In this document: piece by piece, positions 18,419 to 28,040 of the stretch
Position numbering within the stretch: the stretch's first letter is position 1
Layout of the letters: every line of letters starts with the position of its first letter
Assembly: GCA_030424665.1 (NCBI GenBank)
Contig: JAUHWN010000004.1
Coordinates: 679 to 64,678, forward strand
DNA from: Bdellovibrionia bacterium
Lineage (GTDB): Bacteria; Bdellovibrionota; Bdellovibrionia; Bdellovibrionales; JAGQZY01
DNA length: 64,000 nucleotides
Direction of reading: 5' to 3'
Translations under genes and position numbers: made by a program
The notes under the pieces: generated by a model
Seen by the model: the letters and a program-made list of their open reading frames with translations, nothing else
Database searches by the model: none
What the model was told of the DNA's origin: nothing

Positions 18419-18957
18419 TATATAAAGTCCGCTCCAAGCTCTTTGGCCTGGTCAATTTTAGTAGTTCGATCCGTCCAAATAAAAATATTATACAAGAAGG
18501 GGCTTAAAATGGGAGTGAGCAAAACGGCAGTGAGCCAGGGTAGGACTCTCGGGTAGGGCATGGGATTCGCTTCGATCATAATTGAAAGTAGGAACAAAAA
18601 GGGGCTGAAGGCGAAGCTGGCGATGGCTGTTGCGAGCATAAAGTAAGAAGTGCCAGGCCAAAACACTCGACTTTTGAGAGCGAGAAGAATTGTAAAAATA
18701 AGTAAATGGTTCAGCATGAGAAGTCCTGCCGACATTGAACTCATCGACGAAATGACCAGTGAGGTGATGTAAATGGTAACGACGGCTTTGAGGGGCGGTT
18801 GGTAGAGGGCCAAATACACAATTGTAGGTATCCAAAAATAGGGAGGAGGGATTGGGCCAAGCCACTGGGGCCAAAGGGAAGTTTGAAAGCTCACCAGAAT
18901 AAGTGTGAATAGAGCGTAAAAAGCAATGTTCAATATCCTGCGATTAACTTCTCTCAC
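18418..18957 (-). CDS. mreD: Rod shape-determining protein MreD
   Basis: 179-aa polytopic membrane protein located between mreC and mrdA. Confidence 0.7.
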   Translation of the reverse strand: MREVNRRILNIAFYALFTLILVSFQTSLWPQWLGPIPPPYFWIPTIVYLALYQPPLKAVVTIYITSLVISSMSSMSAGLLMLNHLLIFTILLALKSRVFWPGTSYFMLATAIASFAFSPFLFLLSIMIEANPMPYPRVLPWLTAVLLTPILSPFLYNIFIWTDRTTKIDQAKELGADFI

Positions 18958-19841
18958 TCACCACTTTCCGTTTCTTTTTTCGGAGCGTCTTCTTTTTCAG
19001 ATTGGCTTTGAAGCTTTAGGTCAGCTTCTCCGGTTTCGAGGACGATAAAGACTTCTTCAAGTTTAGAGGCATTGACGGAGGGTTTTAAGAAAGCCTCAAC
19101 GGAAATTCCGTACTCTGTACTTTTAATAGTTTCAACTTCACCAATAGGAAAGCCTTTAGGGAAGTAACCTTGCAGTCCGCTTGTAACGACCTTGTCTCCC
19201 TCTTTAATGTCATCAGAGCGTTCTAGATATCGCAGTCGACAGGACTGAACAGATCGTCCAACGGAGATACCACGAGCTCGTGTTCGCTGAACTATCGCGT
19301 CAACGCTCGCCGAGCGATCGGTCAGTAGCAGGACCTGTGAAATATGTTGCTGGGGTTCAAAAATATAGCCCACGACACCATCCACGGAAATGACGGCTTG
19401 CAGCTTTTTCAGGCCATGTTTGAGACCCCGATTAATTGTGATCGTAAAATGATCGGCAGAGAGGTCATGACCAACGACTTTTGCCGGCAAAAGCTTCATT
19501 TTAGTTCGGATTTTAAAGTTGAGAAGTTGCCCCAAGCGCTTGTTTTCTTCCACGACCTCTTCGTATTGCATGAGTTTGGCTTTGAGGAGTTGGTTCTCAT
19601 CCCTCATTTCGGCCATTTCATTCTTGAGACCGATGAGGTCGAGATACTGGCGAGTCGTTCCTCGGATCATTCCGCTAAAGCCGGCGTAGGCCTTTTGCAG
19701 GGTCCCGCCCACATAGATAAAGGGTACTTTATACAATGCGGTATCTTTAGGATCCTGCTCGGTATTCATTAATACCAAGGGGATCGCCGCCAAAAAAACG
19801 AACATTAATATTTTTCTGAGATCAAAAGAGAAAAAGTTCAC
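18954..19841 (-). CDS. mreC: Rod shape-determining protein MreC
   Basis: N-terminal TM, coiled coil ENQLLK, ITINRG..HG, GVVG, VTSG..G.FPKG.PIG. Confidence 0.95.
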   Translation of the reverse strand: MNFFSFDLRKILMFVFLAAIPLVLMNTEQDPKDTALYKVPFIYVGGTLQKAYAGFSGMIRGTTRQYLDLIGLKNEMAEMRDENQLLKAKLMQYEEVVEENKRLGQLLNFKIRTKMKLLPAKVVGHDLSADHFTITINRGLKHGLKKLQAVISVDGVVGYIFEPQQHISQVLLLTDRSASVDAIVQRTRARGISVGRSVQSCRLRYLERSDDIKEGDKVVTSGLQGYFPKGFPIGEVETIKSTEYGISVEAFLKPSVNASKLEEVFIVLETGEADLKLQSQSEKEDAPKKETESGE

Positions 19842-19933
19842 CCTAAAAAGCTAGCAAAGACAGGCGCACTTTCCAACAATCTCCTTGAAAAAACTTACAA
19901 ATATGATTGGAATGGGGGCTTACGGAGGCTCAA

Positions 19934-21433
19934 ATGTTTGAATCGGTTTTAAAGAAACGCAAAAATCCCCTTTACAATCTCATCGGATGGTTCCTGCTGA
20001 GTGTGGCGACGATCGCCCTCGCTTTTATCGGTCTCACCGGAGGGAGTTCCCTCTTTAATACGGGCGGAGCCGCTGCAGAAGTAAACTCTGAAATGATTTC
20101 GTCTGCCGAAGTTCTACAGATTGTAAAAAACCAAGAGCGAGGCAAGACCCTAACAACGCCCCAAAGAAAAGCGCTCGAAAATCAGGTTCTCGATAGTTTG
20201 ATCAAGAAGAAGTTGATCCTTCAGGCGGCTAAGGACGAAAATATTTTTGTCTCTGATCAAGAGGTATTTGAGACAATTCAACAATACCCAATTTTTATTG
20301 AAGAGGGGAAGTTCTCTCGCTCTAAATATAAAAATGTCTTTGAGGACTATAAGAGAAGAGGAGTCAATATCGAAGAGCAGATTCGAGAAGACCTTTTGGT
20401 ACAAAAGGTGAGTGGTCTGTTTAGTGCGTCCCTGGATCGACTTTCTTTAGAGCAAGAAAAAGAGGATGTTCTTAAAAATACAAAACTCAACATCGGATTT
20501 GTCGAGCTTAACAAAGACAAAAAGGTAACTCGAACAGCCAGTGCCGATGAAATTTCTCAGTTTGTTCAAGACGAGAAAAACCAAGCGAGAATCCAAAGCT
20601 TTTATGATAATAATAAAAGTACCCGCTTCACAAAACCCGAAAAAGTGAGAGCCTCTATCTTACTTATTACAGCGCCTGAAGATGATATGAATAAGTCGAG
20701 TGAGGCGTTAAGTGAGATTGAAAAGATTAAAAAAGAGATCAACTTCGATAACTTTGAGGAGATGGTCGCCAAACACAGTGAAGACCCCCAGTCGAAAGCT
20801 AAAAACGGAGATTTGGGCTTTTTCGAAAAAGGAAGCTTCGATAAGAAACTTGAGAGTGCTGCCTTTAGTATGAAAAAGGGTGAGGTGAGTGATCCAATTA
20901 AAACCGAGCAAGGTTATACTCTTATAAAACTGACTGACCGAGTTGAAGCTGAAGCGAAAGAGCTCGATGACGAACTTAAAAAGACCATTGCAAAGACATT
21001 GATAGCTCAAGATGAAATGGATCGATTGTTTAACGAGGCCGAAAAGGCTGTTCAGTCGGGCGAGAAGTCATCGGTGGACCAGTTGGTTGGATCTTATAAA
21101 CTCAAGTGGGCCCAAACGGATTTCTTTAATTTGGGAGCGCAAAGAATCCCAAAAATTGGTCTTAATGAACAGTTTTTAAGTGCGGCCATTGGCCTTAAAG
21201 AAAAGGGAGACATCCACAACAGTTTAATTCGTCAAGGATCAAAAGCCTATATTATTCGACTAAATGAAATGAGGGTCGAAGACTCTAAAGATGATCCGAT
21301 GAAGGCCTATCCTTATTTTGCGCAGTTGATGAGTCGAGCTCGAGTTGAAGGTGCGCTTAATTCTTGGACGGAATCAATTGCAGAAGAAGCGAGTATCAAA
21401 AAGAATCCAAACTACTTACAAGCTGTTCAGTAG
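19934..21433 (+). CDS. ppiD: SurA N-terminal domain / parvulin PPIase (PpiD-like)
   Basis: N-terminal TM, SurA_N-like helical region and parvulin motifs (HSED..S...GDLGF, VSDPIKT..GY); ATG at 19934 follows GGAGG. Confidence 0.8.
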   Translation: MFESVLKKRKNPLYNLIGWFLLSVATIALAFIGLTGGSSLFNTGGAAAEVNSEMISSAEVLQIVKNQERGKTLTTPQRKALENQVLDSLIKKKLILQAAKDENIFVSDQEVFETIQQYPIFIEEGKFSRSKYKNVFEDYKRRGVNIEEQIREDLLVQKVSGLFSASLDRLSLEQEKEDVLKNTKLNIGFVELNKDKKVTRTASADEISQFVQDEKNQARIQSFYDNNKSTRFTKPEKVRASILLITAPEDDMNKSSEALSEIEKIKKEINFDNFEEMVAKHSEDPQSKAKNGDLGFFEKGSFDKKLESAAFSMKKGEVSDPIKTEQGYTLIKLTDRVEAEAKELDDELKKTIAKTLIAQDEMDRLFNEAEKAVQSGEKSSVDQLVGSYKLKWAQTDFFNLGAQRIPKIGLNEQFLSAAIGLKEKGDIHNSLIRQGSKAYIIRLNEMRVEDSKDDPMKAYPYFAQLMSRARVEGALNSWTESIAEEASIKKNPNYLQAVQ

Positions 21434-21485
21434 AGGGTTAAACCCCTTAAATTAGGGGTAATTATGTATAGGTTCGTAGAACTAG

Positions 21486-21515
21486 AAAAAAGCCGCTTTT
21501 GGGAGCGGTTTTTTT
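21486..21515 (+). terminator. Intrinsic terminator after the PPIase gene
   Basis: AAAAAAGCCGCT-TTTGGG-AGCGGTTTTTTT. Confidence 0.8.
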
Positions 21516-21584
21516 ATGCATCTATATAGTTGAACTGCAAATTAAGCTTAATGATACGGCAAGTCGTTAGAATATTTACTTCGC

Positions 21585-21627
21585 TAACAGAACCCTGACC
21601 AAACCCTGATGTGAAATTTCGTAGGAT
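21585..21627. promoter_or_regulatory. Tandem direct repeats with 11-bp period (candidate OmpR/PhoB-family box) plus possible -10
   Basis: AACCCTGA at 21591 and 21602; TAAC/TGAC/TGAT cores at 21585, 21596 and 21607; TAGGAT at 21622. Confidence 0.4.
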
Positions 21628-21696
21628 TTTTCTTATAGATGTTCTCGAAAGGGCATAGGGAAAACCCTTTTAAACAAACATCGAAAGGTTGGTTCT

Positions 21697-23034
21697 ATGA
21701 TGTCACTTAAATCACTTTTTACAGGCTTAGGGACTTTAGTAGTGTTGGGTGCTACTTCAGTAGCTTCTGCAAATTGTCCTGCAGGGACCCAAGATTTGGG
21801 CGCTCCAAACGGTAAAACAGCGTGCCTTCTCAGTGGTTCATATATGAATACTGAAATGGTTCTCACAAATAATAATGAATACGTTTTAGAAGGTGGAGTT
21901 TTCTTTGGGAACGACAACAAAGAAAATTCGGTTCTTCGCATTCAAGCGGGGACAAAAATTTATGGCAAATCAGGTGCTGATTACCTCGTTATCACACGTG
22001 GTTCTAAAATATTCGCTCAAGGGACGGCAGATGCACCCATCGTGATGACCTCTGCAAAAGCTGAAGGTCAGCGTCAACGTGGTGACTGGGGTGGACTCAT
22101 CATCAACGGAAACGCTCCAATCAACGGTTGTGATTCTGGTGTTTGCGAAGCTGAGGGCGAAGGGGCAACTGGTTTCTACGGCGGAACAGATGCCATGGAT
22201 AGCTCAGGTGTTCTTAAATATCTCCGTGTTGAATTCGCTGGAAATGAAATTACTCCGGATAACGAGTTAAACGGAATCGCCTTCCAAGGTGTTGGAGCCG
22301 GTACTGAAGTCGACTACATCCAGGTTCACATGAACTCTGACGATGGCGTTGAGTTTTTCGGCGGAACAGTTAACGTAAAGCACGTTGTTCTTACTGGAAA
22401 CAAAGACGATTCAATGGACTGGACGAGCGGTTGGCAAGGTAAGGCGCAATTTGTTCTTATCGAGCAGTATGCCGATCAAGCGAATAACGGTATCGAAGCC
22501 GATAATCTTAAGTCGCCAATGAATGCCATGCCAAGATCGTTCCCAACAATTTCTAATATGACTATGATCGGAACTAAATCTGACGCGGCAAAAGGTGGAG
22601 ATGGTATTCTTCTTCGAGTCGGAACTGGCGCAAGTATCACTAATACAATCGTTACTGGTTTTAAGAAAGCTTGTCTTGATATCGACGATGCTGAAACTTT
22701 CAGACACGCTAAAGAAGAAGCTGGAATTGAGATTACGAATACAATCTTTGCTGATTGTGGTGTGACTTTCAAAGATGGTGAAGTACAGAAAGATAGTGAT
22801 GGAAATGTGATTTTCACTGACTCTTTTACGATCTCAGACTTCGTAATGGCGACTGGTACTAACTATGTGCAAAGCCCTGAGCTTCAAGGATATATGCCTA
22901 CTGCCAGCTCAATTGCCATGGGTAACGGTGAAGCTCCATTTGATTTCTGGTTCGAGCCAGTGGATTACATTGGTGCCTTCGAAGATTCGTCTGATGATTG
23001 GGCGTCTAAGTGGACTATCCACACAATGAATTAA
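21697..23034 (+). CDS. Secreted parallel beta-helix-like protein of the type found beside TonB-dependent receptors
   Basis: Signal peptide; GDWGGLIING.APIN, SSGVLKYLRVEFAG, NELNG and DDGVEFFGG repeats. Confidence 0.75.
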   Translation: MMSLKSLFTGLGTLVVLGATSVASANCPAGTQDLGAPNGKTACLLSGSYMNTEMVLTNNNEYVLEGGVFFGNDNKENSVLRIQAGTKIYGKSGADYLVITRGSKIFAQGTADAPIVMTSAKAEGQRQRGDWGGLIINGNAPINGCDSGVCEAEGEGATGFYGGTDAMDSSGVLKYLRVEFAGNEITPDNELNGIAFQGVGAGTEVDYIQVHMNSDDGVEFFGGTVNVKHVVLTGNKDDSMDWTSGWQGKAQFVLIEQYADQANNGIEADNLKSPMNAMPRSFPTISNMTMIGTKSDAAKGGDGILLRVGTGASITNTIVTGFKKACLDIDDAETFRHAKEEAGIEITNTIFADCGVTFKDGEVQKDSDGNVIFTDSFTISDFVMATGTNYVQSPELQGYMPTASSIAMGNGEAPFDFWFEPVDYIGAFEDSSDDWASKWTIHTMN

Positions 23035-23045
23035 TAAAGAATATT

Positions 23046-23102
23046 TCAGGGTTCCTTTCACGAGGGGCCCTGAGTTTTTTAAGCCCCACCGGGGCTGTTT
23101 TT
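23046..23102 (+). terminator. Two tandem hairpins with T-tracts inside the TonB cluster
   Basis: TCAGGGTTCCT/AGGGGCCCTGA followed by GT6, then AGCCCC-ACC-GGGGCT followed by GT5. Confidence 0.55.
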
Positions 23103-23119
23103 GCAAGAGGGACGATGTC

Positions 23120-23911
23120 ATGAAAAAGCGAATGGGTACAATTCTTCTTTCTTTGATTATTTTTTTCTCAGTGATTTCTGTCAGCGGAAGTCAGTCAAAA
23201 AAAATTGATCAACTCAGTGAAGAACTTCTTCGGCTCAGATCTGAGGTTGAACGACTTAACGAAGAAGTCGAAACTAGTAAAGAAATTCATCAAAATGAGC
23301 TTAAAGCCCTTTCAATTCAGAAAAGTGAGTTGGAGTCTGACCTACAAAGGCAGAGGTTAACTCAGGATCAGCTTAAATCGAAAATTGTTAAAATCAAAAC
23401 GAAGCTCAAAGATGAGGGCCTCGGTAAAGGGGAGCAAAAACAGGTTCTAACCAATCATATTCAAGAACTGCGCGCCTATATTTCTAGTTCTCTCCCTTTT
23501 CAAAAAGACATGCGCATGGAGGCTTTAGATAAGATCGAGTCTTCTATTGAGTCAGAAACGATGGCAACAGAGGTCGCCTTTAATCGCCTTTGGAATTTTA
23601 TAGAGGACGAAATTCGTTTAACTAAAGAAAGCGGTCTTTTTAAGCAAAAAATTACGACTAAAGGGGGCGATCATTTAGCAAATGTGATTCGCTTAGGTAT
23701 GATGGCGTTATTTTATCGCTTGGCAGACGGTCAAGTGGGAATGGCGCAAAAAAAACAGGGTTCCTGGGTTTTTATTGAGCTCAAGTCGGGGGAGTCTAAG
23801 GAACAAATCGAAACCCTTTTCACTTCTTTCAAAAAGCAGATTCGCAGTGGTTATTTCGAAATTCCCAATATATTGAGTGCAAAATCGATCTCTTTCGATG
23901 GTGAGGTATAA
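23120..23911 (+). CDS. DUF3450-like coiled-coil protein (TtpB-like)
   Basis: Signal peptide, a long coiled coil, LPF...R motif and RLGMMALFY; first gene of the ExbB cluster. Confidence 0.75.
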   Translation: MKKRMGTILLSLIIFFSVISVSGSQSKKIDQLSEELLRLRSEVERLNEEVETSKEIHQNELKALSIQKSELESDLQRQRLTQDQLKSKIVKIKTKLKDEGLGKGEQKQVLTNHIQELRAYISSSLPFQKDMRMEALDKIESSIESETMATEVAFNRLWNFIEDEIRLTKESGLFKQKITTKGGDHLANVIRLGMMALFYRLADGQVGMAQKKQGSWVFIELKSGESKEQIETLFTSFKKQIRSGYFEIPNILSAKSISFDGEV

Positions 23912-23912
23912 A

Positions 23913-25271
23913 ATGAAGTTCGGTGTTATCACCCTAGGTATTTTTTCGGCTTTGATATTTATGAACCCAGGTACTGTTCATGCCTCCTCCCAATCAGAGA
24001 CATCCGTGAAGGCGGAAACTGATGCCAATAAAAAGTCCCAACTCGAAAAAGCCTTTATGCGAGAGTTCGCCTTTTTGAAATCCCAAAAGCGAATTCTAGA
24101 AAAGCGAAAGACCCAGGCTTCGGGGTTTTACGGACAGCAAATTAAGAAAATTAAAGGTCAAATTCGGCAACTCGAAAAGACCTTAATTGCTGTCAGTGCC
24201 GAAACTGAAGAATTAAATCAAAATCTTCAAATGGCTCAGAGATCAGTTGAAAGCGTCGACGACAGGGTTAATCTTCTAGAAAACACTATGACTCAGGTCC
24301 AGACGAGTTTAAAAAACCTGGGGCTCAAAGACTCTTGGACGCAAAAAGAAGAAATTGTCAATTTTGAAAAAATGGACAGGCTTCTTAGAAATTCTTTGGT
24401 GGGACTCAATAGAGCCAACCAAGTCATAAAGTCTAAGAGTTCCTACTTTGATGAAAATGGTAAAGAAATCAATGGCGAAGTCCTTCGGATTGGGAGGGTT
24501 GCTTCTTTTGGACTCGCTACTGGTAAAACAGGAAATTTGGCACCCGCAGGAGAGGGGGAATACAAGCTCATTTCTCAATTTGCTGTCGAGAAAGAGCTTA
24601 AGGCTGAAACCCTTCCGATTTTTCTTTATCAGGATGGTCAAAAGGCTTTTGAAGAAAAGTCAGAAAAGACGGTCTTATCAACCATTCAGGCAGGTGGCTC
24701 AATTGCCTGGGTTATTGTTTTATTAGGCCTTTTAGGACTCTTCTTCATTGTCGCACGTTACTTAATGCTAAGAAAAGCGAGTCACGAAGAGGCTGATCTG
24801 GTTTCGAAAGTCGAGGCAAGGCTTGTCGACGATGGACACGAAAGCGCCAAAGAATTTTTAGCTAAGAAAACCACACCGACAGCTCGAGTTCTAAATTACT
24901 GCCTAGAGAAAGTGGGTATTGACCGTGAATCTATGGAAGATGTAATCAACGAAAGCCTTTTGCAAGAGGGACAGAAGCTCGATCGATTTAGTACAGTCAT
25001 CCTAGTTTTTGCGGCGATTGCTCCACTTTTGGGGTTACTGGGCACGGTTACGGGGATGATTTCTACTTTCGATATTATTACAGAGTTTGGTACGGGTGAC
25101 CCAAAGCTGCTCTCTAGTGGTATTTCTGAGGCTTTAATCACAACAGAATTAGGTTTGATCGTGGCAATTCCAACTCTTCTGTTGGGACACTTGCTTTCGG
25201 CCTGGTCGAAAAAAATAAAAGAATCTACTGAGGCAGCTGCCCTTAAAATTTGCCAAGTTATTTGTAGGTAA
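23913..25271 (+). CDS. Large MotA/TolQ/ExbB protein with periplasmic N-domain (TtpC-like)
   Basis: Signal peptide, periplasmic region with RIGRV, then APLLGLLGTVTGMI and GISEALITTELGL; likely start is ATG 23913. Confidence 0.88.
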   Translation: MKFGVITLGIFSALIFMNPGTVHASSQSETSVKAETDANKKSQLEKAFMREFAFLKSQKRILEKRKTQASGFYGQQIKKIKGQIRQLEKTLIAVSAETEELNQNLQMAQRSVESVDDRVNLLENTMTQVQTSLKNLGLKDSWTQKEEIVNFEKMDRLLRNSLVGLNRANQVIKSKSSYFDENGKEINGEVLRIGRVASFGLATGKTGNLAPAGEGEYKLISQFAVEKELKAETLPIFLYQDGQKAFEEKSEKTVLSTIQAGGSIAWVIVLLGLLGLFFIVARYLMLRKASHEEADLVSKVEARLVDDGHESAKEFLAKKTTPTARVLNYCLEKVGIDRESMEDVINESLLQEGQKLDRFSTVILVFAAIAPLLGLLGTVTGMISTFDIITEFGTGDPKLLSSGISEALITTELGLIVAIPTLLLGHLLSAWSKKIKESTEAAALKICQVICR

Positions 25272-25275
25272 GGTT

Positions 25276-25821
25276 ATGCAGGTATTTGAGCGAATCATTG
25301 AACTCATACTTTCAGGTGGATTTGTCGGAGTGCCTCTCGCCGTTCTCACCTTTGTAATGTGGATCGCTCTGAGTTATCGCTACTTTTTACTGAAGTCGAT
25401 TCAAACAACTGACTTTGTGTCTGAGTTAGAGTCCCTCGATAGAAGGGACCTTAGAAATCAAGCCGATGTTGTTTTAAGTGAGTGGAAGTCTCGACTTTCA
25501 GAAAAGAACACTTTGGTCAGTGTCATCGTTGTAATCGCTCCTTTACTGGGGCTCCTTGGTACCGTTGACGGTATGATCGAAACATTTGAGTCTCTCGGAG
25601 ATATGAATCTCTTTTCTCAAAGTGGTGGAATCGCGGGCGGAATTTCTTCGGCATTGATTTCTACGCAAATGGGTCTTTGTGTGGCTATTCCAGGCCTCAT
25701 AGCGATGCGATTACTATTTGGAAAGCAAAAGACTATTTCGGCTCAATTAGAAATCAAGAGAGATACTTTTTTACAACGACAGTCCCTAGGTGGTCTGTCT
25801 CTTCCGAAAGAGGAGGCCTAA
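25276..25821 (+). CDS. exbB: ExbB proton channel protein
   Basis: APLLGLLGTVDGMI and GIS.ALI.TQMGL. Confidence 0.92.
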   Translation: MQVFERIIELILSGGFVGVPLAVLTFVMWIALSYRYFLLKSIQTTDFVSELESLDRRDLRNQADVVLSEWKSRLSEKNTLVSVIVVIAPLLGLLGTVDGMIETFESLGDMNLFSQSGGIAGGISSALISTQMGLCVAIPGLIAMRLLFGKQKTISAQLEIKRDTFLQRQSLGGLSLPKEEA

Positions 25822-25823
25822 AA

Positions 25824-26228
25824 ATGAGACGCAGAGGAAGCCAAAGTGAAGATCAGTTTGGAATTGATATCTCGCCCCTTATTGACATGGTTTTTATCCT
25901 TCTGATCTTTTTCATGGTTTCTACGACCTTTGTCAAAGATATGAAGCTCGATTTGGAACGGCCCGGAGCATCGAGCGCACAGCCGGCATCGAGTAAGAGT
26001 ATTCGTGTTTACATAGACAAAAACAAAGAAGTATTCCTTGATGGTCAGTCCGTAAGAATATGGGTGCTTCAGGGTAAGTTGAGAGACCTTCTTCAAGCAT
26101 CAAATCAAAAATCGGTTTTAGTCGTTACAGATTTAGGTGTACCCGCTGAACGTCTGATAGAAGTCGTTGACCAGTGTCGTCTAGCCGGAGCTGAAGATGT
26201 TGGTGTTGCAACCGAGCAGGAGTCTTAA
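25824..26228 (+). CDS. exbD: ExbD biopolymer transport protein
   Basis: IDISPLIDMVFILLIFFMVST; start at ATG 25824 after GGAGG. Confidence 0.95.
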   Translation: MRRRGSQSEDQFGIDISPLIDMVFILLIFFMVSTTFVKDMKLDLERPGASSAQPASSKSIRVYIDKNKEVFLDGQSVRIWVLQGKLRDLLQASNQKSVLVVTDLGVPAERLIEVVDQCRLAGAEDVGVATEQES

Positions 26229-26864
26229 TTGAAAGACTTTTTAAATAGACTGCAGATTAAATCAATTTTAGTGGGTACAGGACTCAGCTTTTTGATTTTA
26301 TGTGTAATGGCCTATTTGAACGATATTGTGAACGTGCAAAATTCAAAAACAAATGGAAGCACGGTTAATTTTAACGTACAAAAAATCGAAAAAAAGAAGA
26401 CTGCAAAAATAAAGAAGCCTAAAAAACGCAAGAAAAAGCGCAAGAGCCAGGCGCAAAAAAGAGCAAGGCCTGATTTAAAGACAGCTCTATCCGGAAGCTC
26501 ATTCGGTTTGGACCTTTTTCAGGTTGATCTCGGGTTAGGGGATTCCTTAGGAAAAGATCTTCAAGACATGGTTATGACCGAAGATAGTGTTGATAAAAAG
26601 CCGGTAGCTAGTCAAAGAGGCGTCGGCCTGGAATATCCAGCCGAAGCAAAGGCTCGAGGCATTCAAGGTTATGTTAACTTAAAGGTTCTTATCGATCGGC
26701 GTGGCAGAGTTGAAAAAGTGAGAGTTCAAGAATCTAGCCCCAGTGGAGTATTTGATCAGATCGCTATGGATGCGATTCGATCTTGGGTTTTTTCTCCAGC
26801 CGAATATCAAGGAGAGCCCGTTCGCGTTTGGGCCAAGCAATTAATCCGATTTGAATTGGAGTAG
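26229..26864 (+). CDS. tonB: Short TonB energy transducer
   Basis: N-terminal TM and YP.EA..RGIQGYV...F.PA..QG TonB_C domain; 211 aa. Confidence 0.92.
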   Translation: MKDFLNRLQIKSILVGTGLSFLILCVMAYLNDIVNVQNSKTNGSTVNFNVQKIEKKKTAKIKKPKKRKKKRKSQAQKRARPDLKTALSGSSFGLDLFQVDLGLGDSLGKDLQDMVMTEDSVDKKPVASQRGVGLEYPAEAKARGIQGYVNLKVLIDRRGRVEKVRVQESSPSGVFDQIAMDAIRSWVFSPAEYQGEPVRVWAKQLIRFELE

Positions 26865-26867
26865 ACT

Positions 26868-28040
26868 ATGAAGTTTAATTTCCTGCAAAAATTCAAGAGT
26901 GTCAGCACTTTAGTTTTGACCTATCTAATGATGATCAGCTCGGCTCCAGCTCAAGACGATGTCGATTTTTACTCTATTGCACAGAGATTGGTCCAAGATG
27001 CTCAGTACAATCGTGCCTTAACATATATAAAAAGTATTCCTGAGGACGCAGATATATCGAAGGCTCGGATGAGCTTGTTAAAAGGAATTGTCTTTGTCAA
27101 TACCAAGGCCTTTGAGGAGGGGCGAAAAGAGCTGGAGAGAGCTTTGCTTCAGTTTAAAGATGAAGAGCTAAAGATTCCCCCTGAGGTATATCTCTATTAT
27201 TGTCAGAGCTTCTTTTTGCAAGGGGATTTTACCGGTAGCCTAAAATCATTAGAAAAATACTCTAAGGAATTAGCAAGGGAACCAAAGGCCCAAATTATCC
27301 GAGCCAATAGTTTATGGAAACTCGACCGCAAAGAAGAGGCATGGCAAATTGTACTCAAAGGAGAAGAGAATTTCCCAAATGAAATTCTTTTTTCACGACA
27401 GAAAATTGTCTTTATGATGGAGCTTGGACTCTATGAAAATGCTTTTCAGTTAGTTTTGCAGTATCTAGTTGAAAACTCAGCTCCCCCTCAAGAGTTCCTC
27501 AGTTTTGCCGTGAACTTTAGAAAAGCTAAACAAGAAAAGAATTCACTTAAACTTTTTGAAGTGGCTCGGCTAAGATTTCCGAGAAATGAAATGATATTGT
27601 TGGAATTTGCTAATAGTTACTACGAAAAAGGAAAGCTCTACCGAGCGGCTGAAATCTTTGAAGAATTGAGTCGTAGAAATACAAAGTACGTCAAAGAGGC
27701 CTCTGAACTTTATCGACGGGCAGGGTATCCGATGCGTGCCCTTGCTTTAAATAGAAAAATACAAGATTCAGAGACGAAGTTAAAACAGAGGCTAGCAATT
27801 TATATTGATCAATCTGATTTTGAATTAGCATCGAGCATGGAGATGGAGTTAAATAACTTAGGTCTCGGGAAAGACCAAGATATTAGCTACGCCCTAGCTT
27901 ACAGTCATTTTCAGATTGGGAAGATTCAGCAGTCTAAAGAACTCTTGCGAAGAGTTACCAGAGAGGATCTTTACCGCAAAAGTCTAGCTTTAAAGTCATT
28001 GATGTCAGCCTGTCTTGATGGTCAGGGAGCTTGTTTGTGA
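26868..28040 (+). CDS. TPR protein (TtpD-like)
   Basis: Signal peptide followed by tandem helical TPR-like repeats; follows tonB. Confidence 0.75.
   Translation: MKFNFLQKFKSVSTLVLTYLMMISSAPAQDDVDFYSIAQRLVQDAQYNRALTYIKSIPEDADISKARMSLLKGIVFVNTKAFEEGRKELERALLQFKDEELKIPPEVYLYYCQSFFLQGDFTGSLKSLEKYSKELAREPKAQIIRANSLWKLDRKEEAWQIVLKGEENFPNEILFSRQKIVFMMELGLYENAFQLVLQYLVENSAPPQEFLSFAVNFRKAKQEKNSLKLFEVARLRFPRNEMILLEFANSYYEKGKLYRAAEIFEELSRRNTKYVKEASELYRRAGYPMRALALNRKIQDSETKLKQRLAIYIDQSDFELASSMEMELNNLGLGKDQDISYALAYSHFQIGKIQQSKELLRRVTREDLYRKSLALKSLMSACLDGQGACL

Noticed and set aside
25677-25823. 49-aa N-terminal extension of ExbD overlapping exbB
   Set aside because: A strong GGAGG and ATG at 25824 give a normal ExbD start.
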